Origin: a candidate division FCPU426 bacterium
GTDB taxonomy: Bacteria; Oederibacteriota; Muellerivitia; Muellerivitales; Muellerivitaceae
Direction: 5' to 3'
NCBI GenBank assembly: GCA_963830915.1
Contig: CAWHOE010000019.1
Coordinates: 53,631-117,630 of the forward strand
DNA: 64,000 nucleotides
Part shown: piece by piece, positions 38,602-49,599 of the stretch
How the letters are laid out: each line of letters opens with the position of its first letter
Position numbering within the stretch: position 1 is the stretch's first letter
Position numbers and translations under genes: made by a program
The notes under the pieces: model-generated
What the model saw: the letters and a program-made list of their open reading frames with translations, nothing else
What the model was told of the DNA's origin: nothing
Databases searched by the model: none

Positions 38602-39753
38602 TTAGAACCGAACTCCGAGGTCCACGCCGCCGCCCAGGGCGATGGAATTCTCGATGTCTGGCACGCTCCTGGTGAGGAACGAAAGATCCAGGTTGAAAGC
38701 GGGTTTATCGATCCCGGCTCCAACGCACCACATCTGAGAATTGGAGTAGTGGTCGAAAAAGGTTCCCAGGCGGATGGCCAGGAAACTTTCCGGATAATAC
38801 CTTTCCAAACCGAAATTCCAATTGGTCTGGTGGTTCACCCACTCGGCCTGTCCCAAGAGGACGATGTTCTTGTCGGGCGGGGCGGCGGTCAGGCCCACTT
38901 TGACCGCGTAAGGCATATTGGCGTTGACCGTCACGTTCTGGGTGCTTGTCACTTTCTCTTGTCCAGTGTTTGGGTCCAAACTCAATGTCTGCTGTTGAGC
39001 GGTCCAATTGAAATTGGACTGGATGTTCTGGAACAGCATGGCCAACTGAAGGGCGTCCGTGAATTTGGCGAAGAACCCCGCGTCCATGCTCAATCCCAAC
39101 CCGTCGGTGGAGGTGGTCCGGGTGTATTGGTAAGAATTATTGGAGGAACCCTGTTGGAACCCTCCGATCAGCTGGTCCTTCTCATACCAGACCCCGTCAT
39201 GATATTTCAAGGATCCCCCGACGGAGAAGAAGGGGAGGGAGCCCAGGGGCAGGTCCACCGAATAGCCGACCAGTAAGGTGGCGATCTGTTGTTTGATCCG
39301 GTCGTAATCCAAATTGTAATTATTGGCGGAAAGAACACCGCTGTTGCGGTCGTTGAAGAAACGGATGGCGTCCAAGGTGGATTGGGTGGTCAATTGCTGG
39401 TCCCAAAGGACCCCGCCCGCCATGTTGTTGTATTTCACCGCGGTGAGGCTTAGATACTCCTGGAAACGCTGGAAGGGATCCTGGTTGGACGCGGCGACCG
39501 CGCTGTCGTTGAGTTTCAGGATAGGGGACCCGGCGTTACTGGTGTCGTACGCCGAAAACCCCGTGGTCAGGGTCCAGGCCGTTGTTCCAGGATTGGGGAG
39601 GGCCAGGAGGGCGGGGTTCCAGTACAGTCCATCCGCTTCCATAGGGGCCCCGGTGGCCGCGTTCCCAATGGCCAGGGCGTGTCCATCCTGGGCCAGGACA
39701 GCGGAAGGCCCCAGCAAGGCCAAGCAAAGGATCAAAAATCCATAACGTTTCAT
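38602..39753 (-). CDS. Outer-membrane beta-barrel protein (PorV/TraF/FadL-like)
   Basis: Signal peptide, ALAIGNA...LYWNPALLA N-terminal motif, amphipathic strands, C-terminal Phe (VDLGVRF). Confidence 0.7.
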   Translation of the reverse strand: MKRYGFLILCLALLGPSAVLAQDGHALAIGNAATGAPMEADGLYWNPALLALPNPGTTAWTLTTGFSAYDTSNAGSPILKLNDSAVAASNQDPFQRFQEYLSLTAVKYNNMAGGVLWDQQLTTQSTLDAIRFFNDRNSGVLSANNYNLDYDRIKQQIATLLVGYSVDLPLGSLPFFSVGGSLKYHDGVWYEKDQLIGGFQQGSSNNSYQYTRTTSTDGLGLSMDAGFFAKFTDALQLAMLFQNIQSNFNWTAQQQTLSLDPNTGQEKVTSTQNVTVNANMPYAVKVGLTAAPPDKNIVLLGQAEWVNHQTNWNFGLERYYPESFLAIRLGTFFDHYSNSQMWCVGAGIDKPAFNLDLSFLTRSVPDIENSIALGGGVDLGVRF

Positions 39754-39855
39754 AAGCTTAGTTTAACCGTGGAATTGTCCCAAAATCAAAACAAAAGGGA
39801 CGGGTCATGGGTTTCCCGCTTGGGGACTTCCCATTCGCTTGTTACAATCTGGCCC

Positions 39856-40737
39856 ATGAGAAAACTCAGGGTCAAGGGCCCGCTTCCTAAAAGCAAAAAG
39901 AAGCCATCGAATGTCCAGTTACTTTGGGGGATCCTGGCTGTCGTTGTCTGGTGTTTTGCTCAATATTGGCACAGCCGACAGGGGATCCCCTTCTCTGTCC
40001 TGGTCTGGGCCAAGGGTTTGATACTGATCTTCGGCGCGACGATCATTTATCACCTGGGGTCGGCCCGCCAGTTCTCCTGGCTGGGTCTGTTTCCTCTGGG
40101 CTGGCTGGCGCTTTGCGGGGCCCAATGGGGAATTTGTTCCGATCCTCAAAACACTGGTTGGTATTGGATGACCTTGTTCCTGGCGGCGACCATCCTGGTC
40201 TTCAGTGTCTCGGATGGAAAGAAATTGCTCCTCGGTCTCGCGCCCCTGTGGACGGCTTTGGCGCTCCTTTGGAAGCCTTCCGCCTTATTGGGACTATCCT
40301 TTGTCACCGCCCATAAGGGACGGTTCAAGAACGACCGATGGATCCGATGGGGCGGTATTGTCATAGCGTTGTTACTGGCGGCCTGGGTCCAAGGTTGGAA
40401 AGGGCTCCTGACCAACGGTTTGGGACTCTACGATATCCTGGCGACCCAGAGGTATATGGGATTTTTCGTGCTGGCCTGGCTGGGTTTGGTGGCTTTTCCC
40501 CGTAAGGGGACCTTCCGCCATGGGGCCTGGCCGTTTCTATTACTGACCGCGGGTTATTTCCTTTGGACCGATCCTTCCCATCCCCGGCCCATGGAGGATG
40601 AGATGTATCGATGGGTGCTGATATTCCTGGCGGGTTTCGGGTTCGAGTCTTTCAAGCGGGATGTGATGGACAGAAGCTGGCACGCGGTCCTGGTATGGGT
40701 GGCGATGGGGATCGCTTTGTGTGTCGGCATCCTTTGA
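39856..40737 (+). CDS. Hypothetical polytopic membrane protein
   Basis: Many hydrophobic segments; start trimmed to avoid overlap with the divergent gene. Confidence 0.6.
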   Translation: MRKLRVKGPLPKSKKKPSNVQLLWGILAVVVWCFAQYWHSRQGIPFSVLVWAKGLILIFGATIIYHLGSARQFSWLGLFPLGWLALCGAQWGICSDPQNTGWYWMTLFLAATILVFSVSDGKKLLLGLAPLWTALALLWKPSALLGLSFVTAHKGRFKNDRWIRWGGIVIALLLAAWVQGWKGLLTNGLGLYDILATQRYMGFFVLAWLGLVAFPRKGTFRHGAWPFLLLTAGYFLWTDPSHPRPMEDEMYRWVLIFLAGFGFESFKRDVMDRSWHAVLVWVAMGIALCVGIL

Positions 40738-40799
40738 GTCCCCCGTCGTTTTATGGTAAACTCCGTGCTTTAGCGGGTATTTTGAAGGAGGAAGATTCC

Positions 40800-41918
40800 A
40801 TGAAATTCAAGGTCATGCTATCCATGCTGTTGGCGATCCCGGTTTTGGCCATCGCCCAACCCAGTCCCATTACGCCCGGGCATACTCTCGCGGCTGGTCA
40901 ACCGCCAGCCGCGGTCTCTGTCCCCGCCCCAACGGCGACCCCCAATTCGGCCCAGGCGCCGGTGGTCACTTGCGGCAAACCCACTTTCGATTTCGGGGAC
41001 CAGGAAGAGGGACCGGACATTACCCATGAGTTCGTCATCCGTAACCGTGGAAAAGGTCCTCTCCGCATCAGCGGTGTTTCCACATCCTGCGGTTGTACCG
41101 CCGCGGTGGTGAAGAAGCAGGGAACGAAGGACGAGGCGGCTACCATGCCGGTGGAGATCCCGCCAATGGGTAAGGGCACCGTCAAGGTCACCTACCATAC
41201 TAGCGGCCGCCCGGGACACGCCGAGAAGGTCATCACCATCTCCAGCAACGATCCCAAGACGCCCCAGTACCAATTGAAGATCACCATGACGGTCGTTCGA
41301 GAGGTCGATACCTTGCCGGATCGCGTCTATTTCTACGGCATCAAGAAGGGTGAGCCGCACGATTCATCCGTGAAGGTGCTGGGCAAGGCGGGGAACGATT
41401 TGACGGTCCTTTCCGCCGAGTCGACCAACAAGGTTGTGACGGTCGAGATGACCCCCTACGCCGAGGCCACTCCAGGAACGGAACGCAATGGCGCTATGCT
41501 GAAAATAACGGTCCCGACCACCCTGCCCATCGGTAGTTTCACCGACGACATCCTGGTCAAGACCGACGATCCCAAGAAACCCGAACTTCACATCCCCATC
41601 ATGGGTGAGGTGGTGGGCAGGGTCCAATGGAACCCGAAGAGCCTTTATTTCTCCGCGGGTCAGGAACAGCCGGTGACCATCTCCCTGACGGTCAATCCCC
41701 CTAAGGGATTCGCCATCCGACGGGTGGAATCGGCCAAGCATCTGTGCAAACCCTACATTCACCGGATCCCCGGCCAGGATGGGAACGACCAATACCAATT
41801 GATCGTCTCGGTCATCAAGAATATCCCCAAGGCGAGCGACGGCAAGGACCAGGTCCTGGTCTATACGAATGACACGGATCAGCCGCAGTTCACGGTGGAT
41901 GTACAGGCCAGTCATTAG
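40800..41918 (+). CDS. DUF1573-domain (Ig-like) secreted protein
   Basis: Signal peptide; FDFG...HEFVIRNRGKGPLRI..VSTSCGCT motif. Confidence 0.85.
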   Translation: MKFKVMLSMLLAIPVLAIAQPSPITPGHTLAAGQPPAAVSVPAPTATPNSAQAPVVTCGKPTFDFGDQEEGPDITHEFVIRNRGKGPLRISGVSTSCGCTAAVVKKQGTKDEAATMPVEIPPMGKGTVKVTYHTSGRPGHAEKVITISSNDPKTPQYQLKITMTVVREVDTLPDRVYFYGIKKGEPHDSSVKVLGKAGNDLTVLSAESTNKVVTVEMTPYAEATPGTERNGAMLKITVPTTLPIGSFTDDILVKTDDPKKPELHIPIMGEVVGRVQWNPKSLYFSAGQEQPVTISLTVNPPKGFAIRRVESAKHLCKPYIHRIPGQDGNDQYQLIVSVIKNIPKASDGKDQVLVYTNDTDQPQFTVDVQASH

Positions 41919-41953
41919 GCGAAGCCGAGCTTCATAACAGAAGATGCTCTTTT

Positions 41954-41983
41954 AAAAACCCCGGTCTTTTGATCGGGGTTTTT
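41954..41983 (+). terminator. Rho-independent terminator
   Basis: AAAAACCCCGGTC-TTTT-GATCGGGGTTTTT. Confidence 0.75.
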
Positions 41984-42112
41984 CATTTTTGGCGACTTTT
42001 TCGGCTTGACGGTCCGAGGTTTTTTGTAGGGTCGCCCTTCCTTCTCAGCTAGAATAAGGCGTTCCCAAGCCCGGACGGATGTTCGGGCTTTTTATTTCCA
42101 CAAGGGCGGACC

Positions 42113-43909
42113 ATGGCGGTTCAAGCGGTAAAATCCAAGGATTCCATCAAGCTTTACATGCGGTTACTGGCCTACGCCAAGGAATACCGCTGGCGGGTGG
42201 TCCTGACCTGGTTCTTGATGATCCTTTCGGCGTCAATGACCGCTTTTGTCATGCTTCAGCTCAAACCCATCGTTAACGGTGCATTTGTAAAGTCTGAACA
42301 TCCGGTAGAGACCTTCCACCAGCTGATTTATTTTAAAGTGCCTTTGACTCTAGGGGCTGCTCTTTTGATGGCCATTTCCAATTACGGCAGGGAATATTTT
42401 ATGGGCTATCTTGGCCAACAGGTCATCCAGAAGCTCCGCAACAACATCTACTCCCATTTCTTGGTCCTGCCCATGTCTTATTTCAATTCTAAGCGAATTG
42501 GAGAATTGGCCGCCCGCATTACCAACGATGTGCAGGTATTGCAGGATTCAATTAAGAACATCGTGGGTAACGGCGCGTCCTCGGGCATAACGGCAATCTT
42601 TCTTATTGCACTTCTCATTTATCTGGATTGGAAATTGGCCATCCTGGCATTGGTGGTATTTCCTCTGGTCCTTTATCCCATCTATAGTTTTGGACGCAAG
42701 ATCCGCCGGGCCTCCAGCGAGGGCCAGCAACTGCTGGCCGACCTGAATTCCCAGATCCATGAGACTCTCATGGGCGTTAGGGTGGTAAAAGCATTCGGTA
42801 TGGAGGATTTCGAACGACATAAGTTCAAGCAAACCAACGAGAAATTCTTCGGGGTGGCCATGCGGTCCATCCGGGCCTATGCGGCGTCCTCCCCCATCGT
42901 GGAAACGATTGGATATATGGTGTTTTGTCTTTTGTCCATCTGGATGGCCTACCGGGTATTATTTCTGAACGATTTTACGGTCGGTGATTTTATAGCTTTC
43001 ACCGCCGCAACTATAACCCTTTATCCTAAATTGAAAGATTTTAATGGTGTCTGGGGCGGGCTGCAGTCCGCGTTGGCCTCGGTCGAACGTTGTTTCGCCA
43101 TCCTGGATACGGAAAACCCCATGGTGGATGTCAAAGGTGCGGTGGAAGTGGCCCCTTTGCGGAAAGCCATCGAGTTCAAGAACGTGAGCTTCGAGTACAT
43201 CCCCGGCCATCCGATCCTGAAGGATATCTCCTTCAAGATCGAGAAGGGCGAGGTGCTGGCCTTGGTGGGGCCTTCGGGTGGCGGCAAGACCACCCTGGCG
43301 GATTTCATCCCGCGTTTCTATCAACCCACGAAAGGTCAGATCCTCTGGGACGGGCAGGACATCTCCAAGGTCAAGTTGGCGTCCTTAAGGTCCCGCGTCG
43401 GCATCGTGACCCAGGAAACCATTCTCTTCCACGAGTCCATCATGAAGAACATCGCCTATGGCAGGCCCGCCGCCACCTTCTGGGATGTCCAAAAGGCGGC
43501 CGAGGACGCCTACGCCAAGGAGTTCATCGCCAACACGCCCCAGGGTTTCAACACGGTCATCGGGGACAGGGGATTGAAACTTTCGGGGGGACAGCGCCAG
43601 CGCCTGGCCATCGCCCGGGCCATCCTGAAGAACCCGCCGGTCATGATCCTGGACGAGGCCACCTCGGCCCTGGATACCCAGAGCGAGCATTGGGTGCAGA
43701 TGGCCTTGAACCGGCTCATGGGCAATCGCACGACCCTGGTCATCGCCCACCGGCTCTCGACTGTCCGCAAGGCCGACCGTATCCTGGTCATCGACAAGGG
43801 GCGTATCGCCGAACAGGGCAAACATTCCACCCTGGTCCACAAAGGCGGGCTCTATTCCAAACTTTATAAGATGCAGTTCCGCACTCCCTCGGACATGAAG
43901 GAAGAATGA
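42113..43909 (+). CDS. msbA: Lipid A/LPS exporter ABC transporter (TMD+NBD)
   Basis: GPSGGGKT, LSGGQRQR, ILDEATSALD, IAHRLST; LPS gene context. Confidence 0.85.
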   Translation: MAVQAVKSKDSIKLYMRLLAYAKEYRWRVVLTWFLMILSASMTAFVMLQLKPIVNGAFVKSEHPVETFHQLIYFKVPLTLGAALLMAISNYGREYFMGYLGQQVIQKLRNNIYSHFLVLPMSYFNSKRIGELAARITNDVQVLQDSIKNIVGNGASSGITAIFLIALLIYLDWKLAILALVVFPLVLYPIYSFGRKIRRASSEGQQLLADLNSQIHETLMGVRVVKAFGMEDFERHKFKQTNEKFFGVAMRSIRAYAASSPIVETIGYMVFCLLSIWMAYRVLFLNDFTVGDFIAFTAATITLYPKLKDFNGVWGGLQSALASVERCFAILDTENPMVDVKGAVEVAPLRKAIEFKNVSFEYIPGHPILKDISFKIEKGEVLALVGPSGGGKTTLADFIPRFYQPTKGQILWDGQDISKVKLASLRSRVGIVTQETILFHESIMKNIAYGRPAATFWDVQKAAEDAYAKEFIANTPQGFNTVIGDRGLKLSGGQRQRLAIARAILKNPPVMILDEATSALDTQSEHWVQMALNRLMGNRTTLVIAHRLSTVRKADRILVIDKGRIAEQGKHSTLVHKGGLYSKLYKMQFRTPSDMKEE

Positions 43910-44517
43910 GAAAGCCCAAGCTCACCCGGCCAGCCGTGTTCCTGGACAGGGATGGAACCCTGATCCATGACGCTTCCTATCTCAGCGATCCCCGTCAGGT
44001 CAAATTCTTCGGTAAGACCGCACAGGCCCTGCGTCTTTTGCGGGAGGACGGCTTTCGGCTATTTGTGGTGACGAACCAGTCGGGAGTGGCCAGGGGATAT
44101 TTCCCCGAAAGTTCGGTGAGAAAGGTGCACGCCAAGGTCCAATCCTTACTCAAATCCAAAGGGGCGGGGATCGACGGGTTCTTTTATTGCCCTCATTATC
44201 CCGGAGGGAAAGTAAAATCATTGGGTAGGGATTGCGCCTGCCGAAAACCCAAGACTGGCATGGTCAAACAGGCGGCGCGGAAGTTTCCTCTGGACCTGAA
44301 GAAGAGCTACATGGTGGGGGATAAGATCGACGACGTTCTATTGGGGAAAAAGGCCAGCCTTAAGGCGAGTGTGCTGGTCCGGACAGGTTATGGCCGCCAA
44401 AGCGAGAAGGAATTAAAAGGGCGTAAACTGGGGAAAACCCCCGTGGTATCGGATATCCTATCCGCGGCCAAGTGGATATTGGCCGACCGGAAAATCCATA
44501 AAGGCAGCGTTGAATAG
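43906..44517 (+). CDS. gmhB: D,D-heptose 1,7-bisphosphate phosphatase
   Basis: AVFLDRDGT, VTNQSG, YCPH...CACRKP, MVGD. Confidence 0.9.
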   Translation: MRKPKLTRPAVFLDRDGTLIHDASYLSDPRQVKFFGKTAQALRLLREDGFRLFVVTNQSGVARGYFPESSVRKVHAKVQSLLKSKGAGIDGFFYCPHYPGGKVKSLGRDCACRKPKTGMVKQAARKFPLDLKKSYMVGDKIDDVLLGKKASLKASVLVRTGYGRQSEKELKGRKLGKTPVVSDILSAAKWILADRKIHKGSVE

Positions 44518-45530
44518 TGAAAAAAACAAACTTTCCCTCAAACTTCGCGACCAAATGTCCGGGTATCCTGCGAAAACTCTCGCGTTTTCGGCTGATGGTG
44601 GCGGGCGATCTGGTGGTGGATGAGGCCATCTACGGCGACTCCGAACGAATTTCCCGGGAAGCTCCTGTCTTGATCCTGCGCTATACCCATACGGATATCA
44701 CCCCCGGGGGAGCGGCCAACGCGGCCAACAACGCCGCCGACCTGGGCGCCTCGGTGACTCCCTTGGGCGTGGTGGGCGAGGATGAGCAAGGCGCCAAACT
44801 GCTCCACTATTTCAAGATGAAGAAGATGGATACCTCCTGTGTCCTCAGCTTGAAGAACCGTCCCACGACCGTCAAATGCCGCATCATGGCGGGAGCGCAC
44901 CACACCGCCAAACAACAGGTCATCCGTATCGACAAGATCGAGGATAAGGAAGTGTCCCGGGCGGTGGAGGCCAAATTGATCGGCCGGGTGACGACATTGG
45001 CGCCCAAGATGGACGCCCTTCTCATATCGGACTACGGCCTGGGGGTCATGACCGAAGGGCTTCGCCGGTCCCTGCTATCCGCTTTCGCGGGCAAGATCAT
45101 CACCGTGGATTCAAGGCATAAACTGATGGATTACGCCGGCGTTTCTTTGGTCACCCCCAACTCGGCGGAAGCGGGGCCGGCGGCCGGCCTGGAGATCCGG
45201 GATGATGAGAGCCTTCAAAGGGCTGGGACGATCCTGCGGGAAAGATTAGGCTGCCGGGTGCTCATCACCAAAGGGCCGCAGGGCATGACCTTGTTCGATC
45301 AGACCGGCTCGGTGAGCCATCTGCCGGTTTTCGGTCTGGATCAACCGGTGGACCCGACGGGAGCCGGCGATACGGTTTCGGTGGCCGCGACCCTGGCCCT
45401 GGCGGCTGGCGCTGATTTTACCCTGGCCGGAGCCCTGGCGACTGTCGCGGCAGGGATCGTGGTGGGCAAGAGGGGAACGGCCACGACCAACCCTGAGGAA
45501 ATTCTCCGGGCCCTTAAGACAAAACCATAA
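44517..45530 (+). CDS. rfaE1: Heptose-7-phosphate kinase (RfaE domain I, PfkB family), copy 1
   Basis: RISREAPV, PGGAANAA, QQVIRID, SDYG, DPTGAGDTV. Confidence 0.85.
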   Translation: MKKTNFPSNFATKCPGILRKLSRFRLMVAGDLVVDEAIYGDSERISREAPVLILRYTHTDITPGGAANAANNAADLGASVTPLGVVGEDEQGAKLLHYFKMKKMDTSCVLSLKNRPTTVKCRIMAGAHHTAKQQVIRIDKIEDKEVSRAVEAKLIGRVTTLAPKMDALLISDYGLGVMTEGLRRSLLSAFAGKIITVDSRHKLMDYAGVSLVTPNSAEAGPAAGLEIRDDESLQRAGTILRERLGCRVLITKGPQGMTLFDQTGSVSHLPVFGLDQPVDPTGAGDTVSVAATLALAAGADFTLAGALATVAAGIVVGKRGTATTNPEEILRALKTKP

Positions 45531-45570
45531 TCACGGCTGAAATCAATAAAAGACTCGAACAGAGGGTTCA

Positions 45571-46056
45571 ATGGCACAAGTCATACTGGATCATAAGGAA
45601 CTCGCCGATAAGGTTTCCGCCTTGAAAGCCCAGGGTAAAAAGATCGTTTTTACCAATGGATGTTTCGACCTGTTGCATGTGGGACATGTCCGCTATCTGC
45701 GGGGGGCCAAGGCGTTGGGCGACATCATGGTACTGGCCTTGAATACGGACGATTCGATCAAGCGTCTGAAGGGCCCGGAACGGCCCCTGCTTCCGCTGGA
45801 ATACCGGATGGGCATCCTTTCCGCCTTCGAGATGGTGGACCTGATCACGGCCTTTGAGGATGACACGGTCACGCCCCTGCTCTTGATGCTCAAGCCCGAT
45901 ATCCACGCCAAGGGGACGGATTACAGCCCCGAGACCGTGCCGGAGAAGGACACGGTGGCTTCTTACGGCGGCAAGGTGGCGGTGGTGGGAGACCCGAAGG
46001 ATCACGCTTCCCGGAACCTGATCCAGGAAATCCTGAAAAAATACGCCAAGAAATGA
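45571..46056 (+). CDS. rfaE2: Heptose-1-phosphate adenylyltransferase (RfaE domain II), copy 1
   Basis: VFTNGCFDLLHVGH, LKGPERP, KGTDY. Confidence 0.85.
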   Translation: MAQVILDHKELADKVSALKAQGKKIVFTNGCFDLLHVGHVRYLRGAKALGDIMVLALNTDDSIKRLKGPERPLLPLEYRMGILSAFEMVDLITAFEDDTVTPLLLMLKPDIHAKGTDYSPETVPEKDTVASYGGKVAVVGDPKDHASRNLIQEILKKYAKK

Positions 46057-46081
46057 TCCCTGGCCGATCGAGGAGCTTTCA

Positions 46082-47130
46082 TTGACGTTGCCGACTCCCA
46101 AGCACATCCTGGTCGCCCGCACGGACAAGATCGGCGACTTGCTCCTGTCCCTTCCCGTCTTTCAGGCCCTCAAGAAAGCCTTTCCCCGGACCCAAGTGAC
46201 CGCTCTGGTCAGTTCCTATACCCAGGAACTGGTCCGGGACCATCCGGCCATCGATCGTGTGGCGACCGTGGAAAAGACCGACGGCGTTTTCAAATTGGCC
46301 GGCGGCTGAAGGAGATCGCTCCCGATACATTCCTTATCCTTTATCCCAGGCCCAAGCTGGTCCTGGCGGCATGGTTGGCCGGTATCCCGGTCCGGATCGG
46401 GTCCGCCTACCGTTGGTACAGCCCTTTCCTTAACCAAAAGGTCCCGATCCATCGGTCTTCCAACGACCGACATGAGGCGGAGTACAACCTGGAAATGTTG
46501 AAACCGCTTGGGGTCATCAGCGCCGACAAAAAGATCGAACTTCCCTTGAGCAAGTCGGAACGGGATTTCGCGGGGGATTTCCTTAAGGAAAAAGGGCTTA
46601 AATCCAAGACCCGCTTTGTGGTCGTCCACCCCGGCCATCGGGGTTCGGCCCTTAACTGGAAACCCGAGCGCTACGCTCAACTGGTCGAGCGTCTCTGTAA
46701 GACCAAGGGCCTGAGGGTCGTCTTGACGGGTGGAGCGGAAGAGACCGCTATCATCGCGAGGGTAACGGCCAATTTGCCAGGACTTTCACCCGACCAGAAA
46801 CCTGTCCTGATCATAGGCGAATTGGGCCTGAAGCAATTGGCGGCGGTTTATGAGAACGCCCTTTGTTTCGTGTCGGGTTCCACCGGGACCATGCACCTGG
46901 CGGCCGCTGTGGGAACGCCCACGGTTTCCCTTTTCAGCCCGGCACCCGAAACCACGGCCGTTCGGTGGGGGCCCTGGGGCAACGAATCGACAGTGCTGGT
47001 GCCCAAGGGTCTGACTTGTGAAGCCTGCAAGATAGGCCATTGTGAAAGCCACGATCCCATGGATGGGATCGATGTTTCGGATGTACTGGAAGCGGTGCGC
47101 GGACACCTTCCCAGGGCCAAAACCAAATGA
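46082..47130 (+). CDS. GT9 LPS heptosyltransferase; 1-nt frameshift near 46300
   Basis: ILVARTDKIGD in the first ORF; VHPG, W...Y, STGTMHLAAAVGTPTVSLF and WGP in the second. Confidence 0.85.
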
Positions 47131-48275
47131 AATTCCCCTTAGCGTGGTCGATGGCCATACTTCTCTTTCTTCCCCTGCAGGGTTGTTCGCTCCTGTTCGT
47201 GGCCAAGGGTGGCACACGGGTCTCGAAAGGAACCGCCGAGAAGGCGCCGGAGGCCGCGTCCCTTTCCAGGGAAATGAACAAGCCGATCGTCACGAAATAC
47301 AAGGTCCGTCCGGGGGATTCGCTGGACGATATCTCCCGATTGTTCTACGGGAACACTTCCCATGTCGGGAAGATCGCCAAAGAAAACCGGCTGGATAGAA
47401 AGATAAATTTGAAAGAGGGGACGACCCTGAGGATCATCGCTCCGGCCTTCTATCCGGACCTGAGCAAACTGCCGGTCAAGGTCACGAAAAAGAACCAAGC
47501 CAAGAACCAGCCGACTCCCTTGCCGACCGTTGACCCTTCGGAGATCCAGGGGATGGTCGTGGAGAAGGTCGCGAGACCAAAAGTGAATACGGCTTTTGGA
47601 CCGGGGGAGAGGTTGAAATTCGAGGTGAGGGCCCTTTCTATGTTGGGCGGTTACGCCACGCTGGAAGTGGGGGACTATACCAAAGTGGCTGGACGTCCCT
47701 GTCTAACCTTGACCGCCCACGCTAATTCGGTTTTCCCGCTCACGCCCATATATCCCGTCGGGGATGTTCAGACCAGCTATTTCGATTCGGTGGATTTTTT
47801 GACCTGGAAATTCGAGAATCATATCCATGAGGGGGATTACCGGGCCAATAACCTGGAACTTTATGATCAACTGAAGCATACGATGACCCGCAAACACAAC
47901 GAGGAGGCGGCTGAGGAAAAGACGATCGCGCCCTTCTCGGAGGATCTTATTTCCTGCTTCTATTATTTCAGGCTTTTACCCATGCAGGTGGGGAAAACCT
48001 ACGCCATTCCCACCCAATCCAGCGGGAAGAATTACCAACTCTATGTACGGGTTCTCAGCCGCGAGAAGGTGACGGTCCCGGCTGGAACTTTCGATTGTTT
48101 TCGGTTGAAACCCATCGTCAAAGAGGACACGGTCTTCCGGAACAAGGGGGAGATCGATCTGTGGGTGACCGCGGACCAGCGGCATATGCCGGTGAAGGTT
48201 GAGAGCGGTATCGTCATCGGGAGCATCGATATCGACCTGGTGGACGCCACTTTGCCCTCCTTGACCAAACCTTAA
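47127..48275 (+). CDS. LysM plus DUF3108-like lipoprotein
   Basis: LQGC lipobox, YKVRPGDSLDDIS LysM, FGPGERLKF, VTVPAGTFDC, LWVTAD..HMPVK. Confidence 0.8.
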   Translation: MKFPLAWSMAILLFLPLQGCSLLFVAKGGTRVSKGTAEKAPEAASLSREMNKPIVTKYKVRPGDSLDDISRLFYGNTSHVGKIAKENRLDRKINLKEGTTLRIIAPAFYPDLSKLPVKVTKKNQAKNQPTPLPTVDPSEIQGMVVEKVARPKVNTAFGPGERLKFEVRALSMLGGYATLEVGDYTKVAGRPCLTLTAHANSVFPLTPIYPVGDVQTSYFDSVDFLTWKFENHIHEGDYRANNLELYDQLKHTMTRKHNEEAAEEKTIAPFSEDLISCFYYFRLLPMQVGKTYAIPTQSSGKNYQLYVRVLSREKVTVPAGTFDCFRLKPIVKEDTVFRNKGEIDLWVTADQRHMPVKVESGIVIGSIDIDLVDATLPSLTKP

Positions 48276-48405
48276 AACCCTGTAATCCGCCATTTTCAAA
48301 GGAAATAATAGAGAGTTTTTTATAACCTATCCCGCGTTATAACCGGTTTAGGAGAGTGTTATAATTGACCCCATATCACACGGGTTCTCTGTGAAAGGCT
48401 CTTTT

Positions 48406-49554
48406 ATGCGAAAATTCATCTCGGTATTTTTGCCTTTAGTAATGATCCTGTTCATAGCCTGTTCCAAAAAATATGTGGTCGGCCCCATTTCCGTCGCTCC
48501 GCCCACACCAACCAATACGCCTATCGTTATTTTTACCATCACCCCTACCCCAACCTTTACGGCGACGCTTTCGCCAACGCCATCCTCGAGTTCCTTTAAC
48601 AGTACCTGCTCCGGCGATTCGACCAGTATCTCCGGGTCGGGGACCGCCGTGATCGGTCCATCCAGGTCCATCGTACCTTTTTGTGATGGATGGGTCCTAT
48701 ACGGCAACCGATCGACGAACCAGGTGGTGGCTTATAACGTCATTTCGCTGGTAGCAGGTCCCGTTTATAACATGACGGCGGCGCCTGGGGACATGGCCTA
48801 TGATCCTTCGACCAACTATTTGTATTGTGTATTGGATGGAGCCACAGTTATCGCTCGTCTTGACCTGACCCACGGGTCGACCACCAATATCCCCATCGGA
48901 GCGGTGGGGAATCATATCGGTCTGGGGCCAAGCGGACAGGTTTTTGTCGTGCAAGGCGCCTGGCCTACCCAAACCCTCGCCATATTGAACGGACCCGCCG
49001 GAACGGTCCTCACCACAACCGCCGCGCCGGATATCTGTTTCCCCGTTTATGACCCGGCCATCAATGTCTTGTTTTTGGGTGTTGAGAACACATCGCCAAG
49101 TTCTTTGACCAGTTACAACTACAATTCGGGCACCTACGCCCTGACCCAGATCACCCAACGTTTGGATGTGGGGTCCAATGGGGAAGATATCGCTTTATCC
49201 GCGGATGACAACCATTTGGCCTTTCCGGTGGGAAGCGGTAATGGGGGTTATGTGATCTACGATTTTGACCCGGCGAATATCAACACGACCTATGGGAGTT
49301 GGAGCACCGGGGCCTATCCCTATACCGCTGGGTTCAGCCCTGATTCCCAATACTTGGCCACCTCCAATGGGGCGAGTGTGTTCGTTTATAGTGTGGCGAC
49401 CCACGCCGTGGCTAAGACGTGGCCCGCTATCGCCAGCCTGCCCGGTATCGCCCGGGCGCGTTTTTCGACCGGGGGTAAATACGTTTATATGCTGATGGGG
49501 GACAAGACTTCGACCAGCGCGCCAGCCTCGATATTCTGGGGAAGTTTCCCCTGA
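48406..49554 (+). CDS. Lipoprotein with PT-rich linker and beta-propeller (YncE/WD40-like) domain
   Basis: FIAC lipobox, PTPTNTP...TPTPT linker, blade motifs MAYDP, IALSAD, GFSPDSQYL, FSTGGKY. Confidence 0.7.
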   Translation: MRKFISVFLPLVMILFIACSKKYVVGPISVAPPTPTNTPIVIFTITPTPTFTATLSPTPSSSSFNSTCSGDSTSISGSGTAVIGPSRSIVPFCDGWVLYGNRSTNQVVAYNVISLVAGPVYNMTAAPGDMAYDPSTNYLYCVLDGATVIARLDLTHGSTTNIPIGAVGNHIGLGPSGQVFVVQGAWPTQTLAILNGPAGTVLTTTAAPDICFPVYDPAINVLFLGVENTSPSSLTSYNYNSGTYALTQITQRLDVGSNGEDIALSADDNHLAFPVGSGNGGYVIYDFDPANINTTYGSWSTGAYPYTAGFSPDSQYLATSNGASVFVYSVATHAVAKTWPAIASLPGIARARFSTGGKYVYMLMGDKTSTSAPASIFWGSFP

Positions 49555-49599
49555 TCACGAGTTCCTTGGGTTTAGAACCCTGTTTATGTTCCGCCCCGA

